A DNA stretch of 64,000 bases from an uncultured Actinomycetes bacterium (GTDB lineage: Bacteria; Actinomycetota; Thermoleophilia; Gaiellales; Gaiellaceae), in NCBI GenBank assembly GCA_963734825.1, contig CAVTIQ010000004.1, forward strand, positions 28,535-92,534, written 5' to 3'. A model generated the notes under the pieces. The model was given only the letters and a program-made list of their open reading frames with translations, had not been told where the DNA came from and ran no database searches. The position numbers were made by a program, and so were the translations under genes. Positions 60,070 to 64,000 of this stretch are shown here, piece by piece (the stretch's first letter is position 1; the number at the start of each line of letters is the position of its first letter).

Positions 60070-61449
60070 CTAGCGGGGGAGGTGCAGTCCGAGCATACGG
60101 GGAAGCGAGGCGACGAGCCCGGTGATCAGGTCCGGGTTTCGGCCCGCGTCCTCGGCGGCGTCCTTCCGCACGAGCGCACGGCGGATCAGCGAGCCGCCGA
60201 CGTAGCGGAAGGGCTCTGGCGGGAAGAGCTTGCGGTCGGGCTCCACGATCGCGAGCGACGTCAGGTCGTCGCTGTGGTCGAGGGCGAGCCGGGCGAGGAT
60301 CTCTCCGCCGAGGTAGGACGGGCCGACGCCGTTCCCCGTGAACCCGTACCCGTGATGGACACGCGCGCGGCTACCGAAGATCGGCAGGTGCGTGGGGGAG
60401 ACGTCGATCGGGCCGCCCCAGGCATGCGTGATCTTCCTATCGCGCAGCTGCGGGAAGAAACGAACGAGGCTCCTGCGAGTGCGTTCGATGACGCCGGGGT
60501 CGAGCTCCAGCCGTCGCGACACCTTGCCGGCGAAGCCCATCGTGCCTCCGCCCCAGCCGAAGGCGATGCGGCCGTCACGCGTGGTCCGCATGTAGTGGAC
60601 GAGAGTGCGGCCGTCGACGATCGCCTCGCCGCCCGTCCAGCCGAGCTCCTCGAGCACGTCCGGGACCGGCTCGGTGAGAACGATGTGGCTCGACGCGACC
60701 GCGAGCGAGAGCCGGTAGCCGGCGAAGCTCGTCGTCGCGGAGTTGACGGCGAGCACAGCCGCGCGAGCCCGCACGCGGCCGTGGCGCGTCTCCACGCTTC
60801 CGTCCTCGTGGAGTCGGGTTGCCAGCGTCCGCTCGTGGATCCGGACGCCGCGCTCGAGGAGCCGACGCCGCAACCCCAATGCGAGACGCGCCGGCTGCAG
60901 CGTCGCGTTGAGTCGATGCGATGCACCGCCCAGGAAGATCGGCGAGTCGCAGCGGGCGCGCACGTCGTCGGCGCTCAGCGTGACGATCTCGTCCGGCGCA
61001 CCGAGATCGGCGCACGAGCGCACGTCTTCGTCCCAGCACCCGAGCTGCGACGGGGTCGTTGCGACGTTGAGCATCGGCGCTTCCCTGAACCACGCGTCGA
61101 CGCCGTTCGTCTCGCACCACGTGCGGATGCCGTGGACGGCCGTCTCGGACGCCCGGCACACGGCGAGCGCTTCGGCGTCGCTCGCGCGTTCCCGGAGCGT
61201 TGTGACGTCCCACCAGAGCGTCTCGCAGAAGCCGCCGTTCCGGCCGCTCGGGCCGTGTCCGCATACCGATGCCTCGAGCAGGACGACGTCGAGCTCTGGC
61301 TCGAGCTCGAGGAGCTGCCAGGCCGTCCACATGCCGAGGTACCCACCACCCACCACGACCACGTCCGCCTGGACTTCGCCTTCGAGCGCCGGAGTTGCGC
61401 TCACCTCTCCGGCCTCCTCGAGCCACCATCCGTGCCGGGTGTGGCGCAT
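60070..61449 (-). CDS. FAD-dependent oxidoreductase (DAO / glycine-sarcosine oxidase-like family)
   Basis: ATG 61449 inside track ORF 60070..61590. DVVVVGGGYLGMWTAWQL (GxGxxG)...LLEASVCGHGPSGRNGG... 459 aa. Confidence 0.8.
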   Translation of the reverse strand: MRHTRHGWWLEEAGEVSATPALEGEVQADVVVVGGGYLGMWTAWQLLELEPELDVVLLEASVCGHGPSGRNGGFCETLWWDVTTLRERASDAEALAVCRASETAVHGIRTWCETNGVDAWFREAPMLNVATTPSQLGCWDEDVRSCADLGAPDEIVTLSADDVRARCDSPIFLGGASHRLNATLQPARLALGLRRRLLERGVRIHERTLATRLHEDGSVETRHGRVRARAAVLAVNSATTSFAGYRLSLAVASSHIVLTEPVPDVLEELGWTGGEAIVDGRTLVHYMRTTRDGRIAFGWGGGTMGFAGKVSRRLELDPGVIERTRRSLVRFFPQLRDRKITHAWGGPIDVSPTHLPIFGSRARVHHGYGFTGNGVGPSYLGGEILARLALDHSDDLTSLAIVEPDRKLFPPEPFRYVGGSLIRRALVRKDAAEDAGRNPDLITGLVASLPRMLGLHLPR

Positions 61450-61781
61450 CAGGCGTGAGCCGGAGCGCGACGTGCCAGCGCGATGCTGCCGGCGACCACG
61501 ACGGCGACCGCCACGGGAACGATGAGCGTCACGACCAGCGGGAACCCTCCGGCAGCGGCTCCGACCGAGACGAGGAATGCACGACCCCACCCTTCCGGCA
61601 CGAGGAGCTGGCCGACGAGCATGAGGCAGGCGCCGCCGAGGAGGAAGGCGAGCCAGAAGGCGACGTTCCGCCCCGACGCGAAGTCGAGGGCGAACAGCCC
61701 GATGATCGCGGCCAGCCCGTACAGGGCACTGAGCACGAAGACGAGGTATCTCGTCGTGGCAGCCAGGCTCTCGCCCTTCAT
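61449..61781 (-). CDS. small membrane protein (110 aa, 3-4 TM), unknown family
   Basis: YLVFVLSALYGLAAIIGLFAL, VAFWLAFLLGGACLMLVGQLLV, LVVTLIVPVAVAVVVAGSIAL. The stop shares one base with the oxidoreductase ATG. Confidence 0.5.
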   Translation of the reverse strand: MKGESLAATTRYLVFVLSALYGLAAIIGLFALDFASGRNVAFWLAFLLGGACLMLVGQLLVPEGWGRAFLVSVGAAAGGFPLVVTLIVPVAVAVVVAGSIALARRAPAHA

Positions 61782-61811
61782 CGGAGGCGAAGCCTACGCT
61801 GTCGAATCAGG

Positions 61812-61885
61812 GGTGGCGGACGGGACTCGAACCCGCGACCACCGGGACCACAACCCGGGGCTCTACCAACTGAGCTACCGCCACC
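61812..61885 (-). tRNA. tRNA-His (anticodon GTG) with encoded G-1
   Basis: Reverse complement: G-GTGGCGG-TA-GCTC..GAGC-CCGGG-TTGTGGT-CCCGG-..-GCGGG-TTCGAGT-CCCGT-CCGCCAC-C. The extra 5' G opposite discriminator C is the His identity feature. Confidence 0.9.
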
Positions 61886-62108
61886 GCGCCCGGGACAGGA
61901 TACCGCGGCATTCCTTGTGCCTTTGGCGCGTTTGACGGCTGGGGCGCGAGCCCGTACCCTCCGAGGGTCGTCGAGCGAGAGGAGGACGCAATGAAAGTCA
62001 ATAGCGCCAACTCCCTCCGGCTCGACGCTGTCCTCAGCTAGAAGCGCTTCGCTCAGGTCGGCCGCGAGCCGCGGTCAGGTTCTCCACCCCGAGTGAAGGA
62101 GTCTTACG

Positions 62109-63188
62109 TTGTCTGATGGAACCCTGGCCGCGCGAGAGCTGGTCAAGCTGGGCTGGACCGACGAGCTCGACGCGGCCTTCCAAACCTATGCAGAGCGCGG
62201 CTTCGAGCCGGCTCGAGTCGTCGCGGAGCACCGCGGCGGCTACTACGTGCGCGGCGAGCGCGGAGACCGGTTGGGGCACGCTCGCGGTCGCCTGCGCGAT
62301 CACGAGATCATGGGCGGCATGCCCGCGGTCGGCGACTGGGTCGCCGTTTGCGATGCGCCCGGAGATCGTGCGGCGATCGAGGCCCTTCTCCCACGCCGGA
62401 CGAAGGTCTCGCGCAAGACGCCGTGGCTCAAGTCGGAGGAGCACATACTCGTTGCGAACGTCGACATGGTGTTCCTCGTCACCGGCCTCGACCACGACTT
62501 CAACCCGCGGCGACTGGAGCGGTATCTCGTCGCGGCGTGGGACAGCGGCGCCGATCCGGTCGTCCTGCTGACGAAGCTCGACGTCTGCGACGACTTCGAC
62601 AAGCTCGCGGAAGCCGAGGCGATTGCGATTGGAGTCCCGGTCCTCGCTCTCAGCAACGTCACGGGCGAGGGGATCGACGAGGTGCGGGCGCTCCTGCGTC
62701 CGGCCCGAACCTTCGTCCTCCTCGGATCGTCGGGGACCGGGAAGTCGACGCTCGTGAACCGGCTTGCCGGTCGCACGGTCATGGCGACGGGCGACCTCCG
62801 CAACGATGGGCGCGGGCGGCATACAACTCGCCACCGCCAGCTGCTCGTCCTCCGAGACGGCGCGATCCTCATCGACACGCCTGGGCTGCGAGAGCTGCAG
62901 GTGTGGGAAGGCGATGTCGACAGCGCGTTCGCGGACATCGCCGAGCTCGCGACACAGTGTCGGTTCAACGACTGCTCGCACGGGTCGGAGCCGGACTGCG
63001 CGGTTCAGGAGGCACTCGAGACCGGTGTCCTCGATCCCGATCGCTGGGCGAGCTACGGAAAGCTCGAACGTGAGCTGAGATCGGTCGAGGCCCGGTCGAG
63101 CAAGCGGGTCGGCCGCGAGCTCAAGCGGCGTTGGCGCCAGCGTGCGCGCGAGACGCGGCAGGCGCGTCGCTACGGAGGCAAGCCCTGA
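62109..63188 (+). CDS. rsgA: ribosome small-subunit-dependent GTPase A
   Basis: Circularly permuted GTPase order: LTKLD (G4), LLGSSGTGKSTLVN (G1), DTPG (G3), and the C-terminal zinc motif CRFNDCSHGSEPDCAV. TTG start as in the track. Confidence 0.9.
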   Translation: MSDGTLAARELVKLGWTDELDAAFQTYAERGFEPARVVAEHRGGYYVRGERGDRLGHARGRLRDHEIMGGMPAVGDWVAVCDAPGDRAAIEALLPRRTKVSRKTPWLKSEEHILVANVDMVFLVTGLDHDFNPRRLERYLVAAWDSGADPVVLLTKLDVCDDFDKLAEAEAIAIGVPVLALSNVTGEGIDEVRALLRPARTFVLLGSSGTGKSTLVNRLAGRTVMATGDLRNDGRGRHTTRHRQLLVLRDGAILIDTPGLRELQVWEGDVDSAFADIAELATQCRFNDCSHGSEPDCAVQEALETGVLDPDRWASYGKLERELRSVEARSSKRVGRELKRRWRQRARETRQARRYGGKP

Positions 63189-63197
63189 GCCAGAGTC

Positions 63198-64000
63198 CTA
63201 GTGGCCTGATACGGCGTGCGGCACGTACGGCTCCTCGAGCCGTGCGATCTCGTCGTCGCTGAGCGCGAGCTGCTCGGCCGCGAGCGCGTCCTCGAGGTGC
63301 TCGACCTTCGTCGCGCCGACGATCGGCGCGGTGACTCCCGGCTTGTGCAGGAGCCATGCGAGCGCGACCTGCGCCGACGGGAACGCCGCGTTCGGCCGCG
63401 ACCTCCGAGACGCGATCGACCACGTCGAAGTCGACCTCCGGCGTATAGAGGCTGTCGCCGAACGAGTCCGTCCGCGAACGCGTCGTCAGGCGTTCGCCCT
63501 CACGCGTCCGGTGCCGGCGAGGAGCCCGCGCGCGAGCGGGCTCCAGGGCAGGACCCCGACGCCCTGGTCGATGCACTGCGGGATCATCTCCCGCTCCTCC
63601 TCGCGGTAGACGAGGTTGTAGTGGTTCTGCATCGAGACGAACCGCGTTCGCCGCGACGCGCTGCGCCTTCGCGAACTGCCATGCGTACATGCTGCTCGCG
63701 CCGATGTAGCGCGCCTTGCCGGCCCTGACGACGTCGTGCAGCGCCTCCATCGTCTCCTCGATCGGCGTCAGCGGATCCCAGCGATGGATCTGGTAGAGGT
63801 CGACGTAGTCGAGGCCGAGCCGCTCGAGCGAGGCGTCGATCGACGCGAGGATGTGCTTGCGGGAGAGGCCGCGCCCGTTCTCGCCCGGCATCGTCCGCCC
63901 GTGGACCTTCGTCGCGAGGACGTACTCCTCGCGCATGCCGAAGAGCTTCGAGAGGAGGCGGCCGGTCACCACCTCGCTCCCGCCGCCGTTGTAGACGTCG
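63198..64000 (-). pseudogene. aldo/keto reductase (AKR, potassium-channel-beta-like subgroup), N-terminus beyond the right edge; three frameshifts (about 63645, 63508, 63378)
   Basis: ...[61 protein letters not shown] | [45 protein letters not shown] | [43 protein letters not shown] | SAQVALAWLLHKPGVTAPIVGATKVEHLEDALAAEQLALSDDEIARLEEPYVPHAVSGH-stop (63198). Confidence 0.85.

Overview
This is a very GC-rich, actinobacterium-like chromosomal fragment with strong GC3 codon bias and many 1-4 nt start/stop overlaps. All family assignments come from reading the supplied translations and my own hand translations for diagnostic motifs; I ran no database search.

Layout:
- 1-22.9 kb is mostly housekeeping: arfB (partial), acpS-nnr-alr-CCA enzyme, fabI, RidA/GCS2 ligase, trxA, ileS, ispH, a MIP channel, PiT/DUF47, ctaG.
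- There are four tRNAs: Pro-TGG, Gly-TCC, Arg-TCT and His-GTG.
- 23-42 kb is accessory: a decayed Dyp peroxidase and a LuxR remnant bracketed by tRNA-Arg and a degenerate tRNA-Arg copy; an LAL-type regulator; two small conserved proteins coupled to an MFS-serine hydrolase read-through fusion; SRPBCC, alpha/beta hydrolase, FAD monooxygenase, SDR and amidohydrolase genes; and a heavily frameshifted sugar-type ABC operon.
- 42.3-49.4 kb is an intact, tightly coupled seven-gene minus-strand operon: dehydrogenase, M24 hydrolase, bicupin, 2-oxoacid dehydrogenase E1alpha-E2-E1beta, XRE-cupin regulator.
- 49.6-64 kb holds HAD, MFS/TetR, an S1C protease, a secreted protein with 3 x 291-nt tandem repeats, a CYTH-Ppx fusion plus a second CYTH protein, an MFS-cNMP fusion, rsgA and an aldo-keto reductase.

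The most striking signal is at least 21 single-nucleotide frameshifts confined to 13 genes, 12 of them accessory genes and several hit repeatedly, while about 47 neighbouring genes are intact. I recognised no CRISPR array, integrase, transposase or known defence system.
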